A stretch of DNA of 58,182 nt, filler included, from Dimargaris cristalligena (lineage: Eukaryota), in the NCBI GenBank assembly GCA_003614675.1. It is 4 parts of 4 records of this genome, joined end to end, with 100 filler letters (N's around TTAATTAATTAA, not from the genome) between each part and the next. Parts side by side here need not be neighbours in the genome. Positions count along the whole stretch, not along the records: positions 14,600 to 29,082 come from ML002949.1; positions 29,183 to 43,638 come from ML002950.1; 2 more parts are not named here. One strand, written 5' to 3'. Below, piece after piece: positions 26,501-39,417 of this stretch; the first letter of the stretch is position 1; each line of letters starts with the position of its first letter. The notes beneath the pieces are model-generated. The model ran no database searches, had not been told where the DNA came from, and worked only from the letters and a program-made list of their open reading frames with translations. A program made the translations under genes and the position numbers.

Positions 26501-29082
26501 TGGAGGCTACGGCCTCAGAGTGGTTTACTATTCTCTGGAGACCATACTGCAGCCCATTGGTGCCATTCGACGAACGGAGGGCCTGTTTGGCCAGTTTAAG
26601 GAAATCCGTGCTCGATGTGCTAGCGTCAGCCTGAACCTGGCAGGGTACTAGAGCGGTAAACCAGCCCACGGTTTGGCTGGGGTCAAGGCTGGTGTCCCAC
26701 GAATGACGACCATGGGATTCATTGAAAATCGTGATAGTTGACGCTTGGGTCAGAGAGTACAGGGCCCGGAATAGACCAGCAAACATCAGTTCGAGAGGCT
26801 GGATAAGTCGAGCATCAACCCCCAGAATGATATCTGAGTGGATTTTATCCAAGGTGATCGACAAACTCTCCGAATTACCTTGGGTATTATATGCCCAGGT
26901 ATCGGAACCAGTGAGGAGTAAAAACGATGGTATAGGAGCCGATGATTGTTTAGCCACAGTTGAGGATTCTTTAGCCCAATCAACCAATTCGGTCGCCCAA
27001 GTTGCAAAAGAGGTATGCTGTTCTATTGGCTGCTGGCCGTCTATAATACGGGCCAAGTCTTCCAATAAAATTGACCAGGACACTAGATCCACTGCTAGGT
27101 GATGGATTGTCAAGAATAGCAGCTGCCGGGGGGATGACTGGGATGGAACCATGGGGTAAGAGCCTGAATCATTTGGGATGTTGGCATTGCAATCTATGAC
27201 GGTAACGAGACCCGCAGCCAAGTGGTGGCCCTGGGAGATATCCATCGAAGACTGGATCGATATGAACTGACTGGGGCAGTCAGACAGAGGGACGATTGCT
27301 TCTACCAGGGGAATGGGTAGACTGGTAAATGGAGGTAGTATAGATTGGGTCCACTGGCTGGGGGAATTAGACTCGTTCTTGGTGAACTGACAGCGCAATA
27401 TGTCGTGGTGGTTGACTAAACGAAGAAGAGCGCTTTCAATCTGAAGAGCAGATAATGGTCGGGTCAATTCAAGGGCAAACGACTGGTTGAAGTGATTGGG
27501 GTTGCGCCAGGGATGGTCAAAGAACCATAGCTGAACTGGGGTGAGCGGGAAGGGGGTCTGGTATTGAATCGGCTGATGTAAACTATTATGACCTATGGTA
27601 GGGCTGATGGCTTTCATATTGCCAACCACATCGTACAATGTTTTTGACCCCAGTATCTTGGAGGTAGGTAGAGTAAACCCAAGTTGGCGACACTTCGACG
27701 AAACTTGAATAGCCAATATTGAGTCACCACCGAGTTTAACGAACGACAACTGCAAATTTATCTGATCGAGGGCTAGGCCAAGTACGCCAGTCAGTGCTTG
27801 GGTTAGGACTTCCGCTGCCTGGCTTGACGAGACTGGCGCCGAGTCGGATAATGGTACCTGCCTCCGCTGGGTAGCTAAATACTGGGTGAAATGTCCTAAA
27901 ATAAATTTGGAATCACACTTCCCGTTGGCGGTGAGGGGCACTGTGGGTAGACCCACAAAATAACTGGGTACCATATATGATGGCAAACTATCGGCTACGG
28001 CAATATGCAGTGCATCATAATTGGCGGCGGATTCAGGAAATACATAGCCGACCAAGAACTGGTCATGGATAAAGACGACGCAGTTCTGGACTCCGGGTTG
28101 ACGTATCAAGACGCTACGGATCTCATCTAATTCTATACGGAAGCCCCGGAGTTTAATCTGACTATCCATGCGCCCCAGGCATTCAACTTGACCGTTGATT
28201 AACCAGCGACCCAAATCACCGGTGCGGTAGAGTTTACCCCGGCCAGTGAAGGGGTTGTCAATAAACGTGGTGAGATTTAGATCGGGCCGGTTAATGTACC
28301 CGCAGCTGACCCCGACACCACCAATAAAGATTTCGCCAATGGCCCCGGTGGGTACCAGCTGCAGCTGATTATCCAGAATATAGCACTCGTAATTGGGAAT
28401 CGGAGGGCCAATGGGGATTGTACCAGTGGGTGGGACGCGGGTAAAATGGCTGATAATAGTAGTCTCGGTTGGCCCATAGCCATTGTAGATATCAGGAATG
28501 ATCGACCATTTGTCAACCAACTCGCGGCTGAGTGGCTCGCCCGCTAGGCATAGTTTTTTGAGATTGGGGTAGTCAGAGGGGTTCAGCCGGTTGATGACCG
28601 ACGGTACTAACCAGGTTTGATCTACGTGACGCAGAGTTTCAGGTAGGTTGTCCCCGTAGAACACCAGCGTCGACCCATTGCACAAAGGAAGGAGGGAGTT
28701 AAGGATAAACACGTCGAACCCTGGTGCAGTTCCCGCCATGACACGCTGACCGGATACTTGGAGGTCTTGGAAGACAGGATTGCCAACCTGGTGATCGAGG
28801 TTATTATGGGTGACCATCACCCCCTTGGGCAAACCGGTTGAGCCTGAAGTGAAAATAATGTAAGCCAGGTCGCCAGGGCGACTATTGTAAATGTCGGACC
28901 TGTTGCCAAAATCGCCATTACCCTCTAGAAAGTCAGACAGGACTAGGGTATTAGGCAACTGACTAGGCGAGCCAGTGGCGTTCAGTACAATCGTGCAACT
29001 AGCTGCCTCGATAATATACTTCTGGCGCTTCACCGGTAGCTTATAGTCTACGGGCACGTATACGGCCCCCACAACCCAAGCC
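14600..29082 (-). CDS. Multimodular nonribosomal peptide synthetase fragment, A1-T1-E1-C-A2-T2-C-A3-T3-E3-C-A4-T4-E4(partial), about 4,830 aa, no start or stop in the contig
   Basis: Four A domains ((Y/F)TSG(S/T)TGxPKG near 28850, 24240, 21045, 16480; YGP(T/V)E; YRTGD/YQSGD; G(F/H/Y)R(I/V)E). Four carrier motifs (GGDSI near 27725, 23140, 19950; GGNSL near 15385). Three C domains (HHxLxD(G/A)WS near 25670, 22450, 17890). E domains with HHLAVDLVSW/ESHGR/VGWFT (27100), HHFAVDFVSW/EGHGR/RTVGWFT (19385) and HHLVFDYLS (14815). The ORF-track stop at 14544 is the linker. Confidence 0.97.
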
Positions 29083-29182
29083 NNNNNNNNNNNNNNNNNN
29101 NNNNNNNNNNNNNNNNNNNNNNNNNNTTAATTAATTAANNNNNNNNNNNNNNNNNNNNNNNNNNNNNNNNNNNNNNNNNNNN
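29083..29182. other. Artificial contig spacer
   Basis: N run - TTAATTAATTAA - N run. Confidence 0.98.
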
Positions 29183-29546
29183 GCGAAGGGAAAGGACAAG
29201 CAGGCAGGCAAGCAAGCGAGTAAGTGAAGGTGCAAGTGAGAGTGAGAACGTCGGTTGTATGCACGATTAGTGTGTGTGTGTGCGCCATAGATCACCCACA
29301 CAAACAAGCACCACATCATCCTCATCCTCATCATCCTCATCCTCATGAACAAGCACAGATTATTAGCTAAGAATGCATCCAAACATACACTGCAAACACA
29401 TAGAACATCCCGCCTGCACTCGATCATATCCAAGTGTTTATTAGCAATGCAAGCATAGAATAGCAATCTAAATGGAACAGCAGCCGCCGTCGGATGCACA
29501 CACACACACACATACATGCACGATGTGGTGGTGATGGCGGTGGTGA

Positions 29547-30008
29547 TTAGCGCGCCCGGCAGAGCAGCTCGCCGCCCACATGACGTCGTACGGCCTCGTT
29601 GATCTCGAGCACGCCGTAGCAGGTGGCCACCATGACAATCTCGCCGGGCAGCACGGGCTTCACGAGGCCCTGTCGCTTGCCGGCAATCAGGTTCTTGAGC
29701 ACGCTAAGCGTGCCGGTGATGCGACGCGACGGCTTGCTGATCACCTGCATCGACGTGAGCACCGGCTCGTTCTGGCGATACTTGAGCTCGAGCCAGTAGC
29801 GCCGCGACGCGATATTGAGGTTCGTCGTGGGCACGTACGCCTCGTCGGGTCCCTTGCGGTTACCGCGCGCCACCGACGCTATGAAGCCCTGCTCGTAGAG
29901 GACGCGCGCGAGGGCGAGGTTCATACGCGTGGCCGGCACCGAGATCCGCGGCAAACGCGACCTGAAGCTATTCTGGATATGCGAGCAGATATTGTGAATT
30001 TGCGGCAT
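29547..30008 (-). CDS. MRPS8: Nuclear-encoded mitochondrial ribosomal protein uS8m, 153 aa
   Basis: MPQIHNICSHIQN start, LYEQGFI, LELKY, ISKPSRR and GGELLCR are uS8 family motifs, with the fungal mitochondrial insertion (GPD...PTTNLNIASRR). The true start is probably the ATG at 30008. Confidence 0.92.
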   Translation of the reverse strand: MPQIHNICSHIQNSFRSRLPRISVPATRMNLALARVLYEQGFIASVARGNRKGPDEAYVPTTNLNIASRRYWLELKYRQNEPVLTSMQVISKPSRRITGTLSVLKNLIAGKRQGLVKPVLPGEIVMVATCYGVLEINEAVRRHVGGELLCRAR

Positions 30009-30276
30009 GTTGAGATTCCTCGCGTGCAATCACGACGCGCAACCCTTCTCTTGACCAACGCGGTGCTATATGCAGAGATAGATCGTGGCGGCGTATGTGC
30101 GTGAACGGGCGGGAGAGAAAAGACGACGCGGGAAGTAGAAAAGAAGAGAAACGATCGCGGGGTGGCGCGAACCAGCCAACTGATAACCAACCAGCCAAGC
30201 GTGTTCCTTCATCGCAACTGTTGCTGCGCTTGCTGCTGCTGTTGCTGCTGTTGCTCCCTTCTACTATTGCCACACG

Positions 30277-33092
<2,816 letters not shown>

Positions 33093-34541
33093 CGGGCCGC
33101 TACTGCTGCGCACAACTGCTACTAGAATCGATTAAAGCATTAATAACACATAGCTTTATTGTCAAATAATGTACATTGTCATCAAGCAGAGATGTCACCA
33201 TTGTCAATGCCGATAGAAGAGAACAAACAGACCGCCCGCCCTTGGAGCGATGCGCCAGTCCAGTGGCACGAGCGATCCCGTCTCCAAGCGCATGTGGCAG
33301 ATGAGGCGGAGCAATGCCGCGTGGCCATGCGCACAGTGAGGCATCCTCCTCGCGACGACGACACTGGCATGGCCATGATGCGCGGAGAACGGGCTCCTAA
33401 TACCTGCTAGTAAGTGCAGATATTCATCATGGCCACTGGTCGCGTCTCTGCAGACATGGCCAGCACGAGCAGAGCACCTGCTAAGCCCATTCTCGCCACT
33501 CATAGCCGCCACCCGATGCGCCCATCATCGGCGAGAATCGCCACACGGCCACCAGACGAGCAACATCCCATTTGCGTTGCCTTCCCCCCTCACACACAAC
33601 AGCATGCCCCCCACGCAGCACATCCGCCCATGTAGGGCGACGCGCACACCAAGCAGTCCTGCACAGCGCCCATGTCGTCGAGGTGTCTTTGAGTGTGGTA
33701 TGCAGTTTAGCGACCGGTCAAAGACTCTGCACGCTATTACAGAGCCTAATACCGCTGGCGGGCCACACACTCATCGGTATGCGGCGCCACCATCGGCCAG
33801 CTATAGGCACCGTAGAAACACCGGTCATGCCATGCACCGCACGACGGGCACGACGAAATAGCCGCGCAAGCATCGCAGTGGACAGGCCGCCAGCATGTCG
33901 CCAGTCCATCGGCACCATCTGCCACCACGGATGTTGGCACGCCATGCCACTTGAACGCCTGCCACGCAGACAGCCATCCCAAAGCACGCAATTTCCCCTA
34001 TGCGGCCGGTAGACAGCTGCCGCCAACAGCCGTCCAAGGGGGGCAGTAGCGCACCAGCATCCATGGACGCGACCGGCACGACAGCAGCAGCGCTATCCAC
34101 GCTTTGTTTGCGCGGTTGGATTAGGGTTAAGTTGAAGACGTGCGTCTTCAAAGACAGACATGGACTAGCGTGCAGGACGCTCAAGGTCAACAGGAGCGGA
34201 CGCACCGCGCAGGAAGCCGCAAATGCCAAAGACGAGCGGGTTTGCTTCTAAGAGCACACGCGTGCCATACAATACGCAGATGGTATGGCACCGACCGTAA
34301 TGGTGGTTGATTTACCCAGCCAGCGCTGGCGAACGCGTCATTCGACAAACACGCACGCACATACACGAGTAACTGGGAGAGAAGAGGCATAGAGAGCAGA
34401 TGTGCGCGAACGCGCCAGGAAGAAAGCTCTATACGAATAGGGCGGAGGCAGTTTTTGTTTGCAAGTTTTGCGGCGAATAAACACATCGACAGGCAATGCA
34501 GCAGGTAGAGTATGGTCAACATCATCACACATGCATGCGTG

Positions 34542-34547
34542 TTTATT
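34542..34547 (-). terminator. AATAAA polyadenylation signal of the micro-exon gene
   Basis: Plus-strand TTTATT about 235 nt downstream of the TAA at 34781. Confidence 0.5.
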
Positions 34548-34609
34548 CATATGGTGTATATGGTCAAAGATGGACGGGGCACCACATACAGCATTGCATT
34601 CATGTAATG

Positions 34610-34633
34610 GATGATGATGATGATGATGATGAT
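34610..34633. repeat. (GAT)8 microsatellite
   Basis: Read directly. Confidence 0.85.
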
Positions 34634-34780
34634 GGAGAAGTAGATGGTAGACTTGCACCGAGTGATGATGGTGGTGGCAGCTTGAATGGCATGGACAGCA
34701 ACGAAGGGACTTGCTTGCTCCAATGGACCACGATATCATTGTCGTCTCGGATGTCTATCCTGTCTACTTGATGCCTTGGT

Positions 34781-36322
34781 TTAATCGAAAACTAATTGCA
34801 CATGGTTAGACTTGCTTACATCATCATTCTATGGTTACTTACGGCCTATCATTGCATCATCGACCGATAAATGGGTAGGTGATTGCATTGTTAGCTTGTT
34901 GGATAATCTGCGCATATTAGCAGGCTTACATTCTATCCACAGCATTATCATATAATGAGCAATATAGAATGGAATGGTATATGCTGGCTTACTGGCTATT
35001 CATACAATACGGCCACATATTGGCGAATGTCCCATCACGGTCAGTGCATCAAGTGGCACATGGCCAGCATAATGACTTACTGACTATTCACGGCAATGGC
35101 CGCATACAGATCGAATATTGCACTCCAGTCAGCATATCGGACAAGGCGCCCCATGTAGTAACTTACGGCCTGCTCGCATGATAATCGCGCATACAGCAGA
35201 TGGTCAGTCAGCTGCATTATTGCACTGAGCCATACTGCTAGTGCATCTGCTTACATTCTTTCCACGGCAATCAATGGTTACATAGTTCATCTCGATTAGT
35301 GCATCGCATGGAATGGTATGTGCCATTGCTTACGAGCTATTCGCAAAGCAATCGAATATAAAATGAGCATTACATGGCTATCAGCACGATGAACGAAATG
35401 GCGTGTGCAGCAACTTACAGTCTATTCGCATAGTAGTCATGCGTGGATTGGGCATCGTGCGCCAGTCAGTTCATGCATCGGATGCAATGATCTATTGTTG
35501 GCTTACCATTTTCTCCTACATCATCATATGCATGGCATCGCAGTCAGTACGCTGCACACGGCAATGTGTACATCGACTTACCGCCTATTTGCAATGTGGA
35601 TGCATGAAATGATATTCCAGCATGATTAGCACGCATCAAATGGGACTACTGAACGCTTGCTTACAGTCTATTACCACGTGTTCCCCTACAGTTAGTGTGC
35701 TGCACAGAGTAAACAAACGAAGTCTTACCATCTATTGCCAGGGATTGAGGATGGTCAGTACAATGAATAGAATGCTACATGGATAGTTACTTACTCACTG
35801 CATCCATAGGATAATCACACAGGATCAGTGGACTGTATGGAGTGATCTATGTGGCCACTTACTGCCTGCTCGTCAAGCACAATGTGATCAGTAGATTGAG
35901 TGGTATGGCATGTACAGCTACTTACAAACTGTTCATATAGAGTAGCCACACATGGAGTAATCGACTGTTATTGATGCATCCATTGTGCTTGCATGTGCAA
36001 TGGTTTACCATCTATTCACATGGATTGATTAGTATTGCATCATATAAACTTTATGCAGCTAGCCTACCAACTATTCGCAAACGATTACGTATGTATTGAA
36101 TATTCCATCATAGTCAGCACGCTGGTCAGCACGATGTTGTTGCGGGCTTACGATCTAGCACAATAAAAAAGCATATAATGATCAGGCATTCCATCATCGC
36201 TGCTCCTATTATGTTGACATACCAACACGGCGGACCAAGGCAGGCTTCGCTTCGACGGTGGCCAGGCTAGCAACGGCGACAACGACGACGGCGACAATGG
36301 CAATGGCAGTGGAGACCTTCAT
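34781..36322 (-). CDS. Micro-exon gene for a 56-aa secreted Cys-hairpin prepropeptide; 20 exons in transcript order: 36322-36223, 36154-36152, 36070-36068, 36011-36009, 35928-35926, 35865-35863, 35797-35795, 35731-35729, 35667-35665, 35584-35582, 35515-35507, 35421-35419, 35336-35334, 35257-35255, 35169-35167, 35083-35081, 34995-34993, 34932-34930, 34845-34843, 34791-34781
   Basis: Nineteen consecutive 51-85 nt GT-AG introns (16 with GTAAG donors, most with a CTRAY branch site). Joining the exons gives a stop-free frame: MKVSTAIAIVAVVVVAVASLATVEAKPALVRRVDLDVCMNDCGENDSQCLTKCLFD*. Confidence 0.92.
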
Positions 36323-36489
36323 GGTGACAGTAGGATGGCAGACTAGTGGACTGGACAAGCAGGCAGGATATAGAGTATCAACAATAGTGGTACTAGCAGT
36401 AGACAGCAGACAGTAGACAGTAGACAGTAGTGAGCAGAGAGGGCGAGTGAGTATGAGGATGGCTGGTTGCCGTGACAAATGGTGGTTTA

Positions 36490-36495
36490 TTTATA
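36490..36495 (-). promoter_or_regulatory. TATA box of the micro-exon gene
   Basis: Minus-strand GATATAAATAAA about 170 nt upstream of the ATG at 36322. Confidence 0.55.
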
Positions 36496-38350
36496 TCTGG
36501 AAGCGAGACAGTAGAATAATTTGCGCAACATGTCTGAGGAGGAGAGGACATGGATGACGAATGCGAGTCAGACAGGTGTTCGGCATGAATGAAGTGGGCG
36601 GACTGGTCTTGCATGAAGAAGCAAGTCCCATCTGCTTGCGGGCAAGACATCCATCATGCAGCGATGGACCAGTCAGCATACTTGCACATGGCAGTATCGT
36701 CCATTGTACGCGTCAGCATCATTCTGGTGAGTGGGCACCAATCAGGCTGCATCTATTACCCAATGTGTCTGCTGTGTCGCCCATATGACCTAACACCATG
36801 CCAACTGCTGTGCGAGCGCAGTCTAGCTTGCCTCCGACTGAATACTTGCTGGCGAGCACAGCAATGGGCATGAAGCTGGCGGATCAGTCAAGCTGCCCTT
36901 GTATGGCATTGCCGCATAGGAACACATCATCATCACCATCATGCTGCCCAGCATCCATTCGACTGCACGTATACGCACATTCCATGATGATGATGATCCA
37001 GCACATTCTGGCTGACTGGTGCATGCATAGAGCATTGTCCAGCAATGGATGGTGACAAGCACAGGCAAGAAGCAGAAGCAGAAGCAGCGGCCAATGGAAT
37101 ACTAATCCATGCCTGTGTATGTGCATTCAAGCTGAGGCAGCGTCGGCACGAATGGCCATAGAAGAAAGAGACAGCAAGCGTGGAGCGAGAGTATGGAAAA
37201 CAAGGTCACCGCGGCAGCTGACGAGGAAGGATGCCGATGGCGGACGACGTTTGCACCAATGGCGCGCCGTGACCGTTAGAGTGCCCGAGTAGCAATGACG
37301 ACATGTACCAATCATTGCATAGCCGCCAACTAGCTTGTCCCACCGCCATTTGAGATGCATGACAGGCCAAGCCCGTTCGGCATTCGATGGTAGGCAATCC
37401 GATGTAAAAGGGGAAGAGGAAAGGAGGCATTGCCACAGCAGACGGCCTTCCTGCGGCCTTCCGGCAACGACAACAACAGCGAGCATGCATTGCACTGTAA
37501 TCCACCATCGATGGTAGCACTAGTGGCAGCAGTAGCTCCGCCATTGAAAACCTGTTCGAACGGCGTGCCATGTCGTCCATGACATACGTCGCTGGCTGCC
37601 ATGACGCCACCATGCCATAGAGCCGGCCGTCAATCCGTGTTCGTCGCCGAGAAGGCCGCTCGCCCGTCTGCACTGCTGCCAATCACCCATGCCATGCCAT
37701 GCCATGCAGCGACCGTCATCGACGAGGCGTTGGCTGCATCAGGCAGTGCCAAACAGATGTTGGTGCATCCGCTGCTGTCCTCGCTCTCTGCGTGGCATAT
37801 GACCACCCTCCATCGAGCATCATGTAAGCGTGATTCGTCAAACTTGAAACGCGTCTTCCGCACACCCGCACATCCACATCCACATCCACACACACACGCC
37901 CTTCGCGGAGGGAGGCTGCATCTCCGTTGCTTGGGCGCCCGAATTCACATGGACACGACGGCCTTATGGCCGGTTCCGCCCAAGCTTCCAGGAGAAGCGC
38001 CTGTTCTGTTCGCCTAATTTGGAACCATTTGAAGAATGGTGCTGCTGCTGCTGCTGCTGCCGTTGCTGCTCTGGCATGACTTGTGACCGCTTTTAACGCC
38101 ACGCACCGCTCGTCGTTATTTAACGGCCACCACACGCACGCTATCCGTTTCCGTAGCATTGCCATCGCGTTTCGTATCACATTTGCCGCTGCTGTTGCCG
38201 TTTTGTTTTATTGTTATTGTTATCCTCCTTCTTGCTAGCCGTGCCATTGACGACAACAACAGTCTTGTTCCATAGTTTTGTCTGGTCCCGACATTCATCG
38301 CGCCTACATCCTAGCTGGCACATTTGCAGCATTAGTCATTGCCTACTAGC

Positions 38351-39417
38351 ATGAATTATTTTCTTCAGGACGTTGCCCAGCTGGTGGCGCCTTCAGCGGG
38401 CGCCTATGCTCTTCTGCACGTCTTCGCCAAGGCCTGCCTCATACCACTGCTGGGGAAGCAGCGCCGCATCAAGCAGCTCTCTCTTTCGGATCGTATTAAT
38501 CTCGATGGATTGTAAGTACATACATGCAAGTATACTGGCGTAGACATGTCTAGCCATTCTTCCTCCCTGCCATGGCTGCTAACACGCGTGTCTGTCTATT
38601 TTCCCTTCTTCCCTGCAGGACATCGTCAACGGTGCACGCCATACGCACCGGCATCGGCGCTATCCGCCTCATCATGGTGTTGCAAGCATGGTCGCATGAC
38701 ACCCTCCATCCTTATCCCGACGAGGCACGCAATCTGCTCGCCGAGCATGCTGGCTACACACTCTACGACCTGGCGGCCATGAGCATGCAGTCGTACCAGC
38801 AGAACGCCATGTGGACACACCACGGCCTGGGCATCGCGGGATCGCTCGCGATGCTTTATTTCCGACGCGCCTCCTTCTACCCCATCGCCTTCCTTGCCAC
38901 CGAGATGACCGTGCCCATCGTCAACGGCCTCTGGCTGCTCGACAACGTGCTCGTCGGCAAGAAGGCCCGCTACCAGGGCCGCGCCGGCCAGATCCGCATG
39001 GTGCTGCTTTGGCTGCGCGCCATCGCCTTCGTCGTGTTCCGCCTGGCGATCGGCCCGCTCGCGCTATGGTACGGCATGACCCGGTCGAGCGTGGCGCACA
39101 CATCGACGCCCGCCGATATCGCCGGCGCCCTCGAGGCCAGTTCGTCGATGCTTGCCTCGGGATCGGTCGGTTCGCTCGGCGCGCCTTCCCTCGGCAAGGG
39201 CCACGCGCTCGAGCTTGTCGGCCTGCCGGTGTCGGCATCGCCGTCGTGGAAGACGTTCTGGCAGCGGATGTTCCAGCTTCCCGTGCCCGTCTGGTCCGGC
39301 ACCATGGTCAATCTGCTTGTGTTCTCGGTGCTGAACGTCCTCTGGACCCGTGGCGCTGTCCGGGCGCTGCAGCGTGAATGGCTCCGCTACCGGATGGCGT
39401 CGTCGATGTCTTGCTAG
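38351..39417 (+). CDS. TLC (TRAM/LAG1/CLN8)-domain membrane protein, TMEM56/TLCD-like, 319 aa; exons 38351-38511 and 38619-39417
   Basis: SSTVHA, GYTLYDL, THHGLG, TEMTVPIVN, FVVFRL and LNVLW match the TLC pattern. A phase-2 intron at 38512-38618 (GTAAGT..GCTAAC..CAG) supplies an N-terminal TM exon. Confidence 0.85.

Noticed and set aside
34820-34828. Possible extra 9-nt micro-exon (AATGATGAT) flanked by TAG and GTAAGC
   Set aside because: It would need flanking introns of 14 and 28 nt, which are too short; at most a vestige inside the last intron.
35795-35797. Micro-exon reading TGA as a stop or selenocysteine codon
   Set aside because: Exons are phase 1, so it contributes A|TG (Met) and A|AT (Asn); TGA is never in frame.
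34800-36160. Regularly spaced short repeats resembling a CRISPR array or minisatellite
   Set aside because: The conserved part is only splice signals around 3 variable nt, spacing varies, the context is eukaryotic and there are no cas genes. The micro-exon model explains it.
36209-36478. ORF-track 89-aa ORF
   Set aside because: It is the 5' UTR plus exon 1 of the micro-exon gene read into intron 1; the true start is the ATG at 36322.
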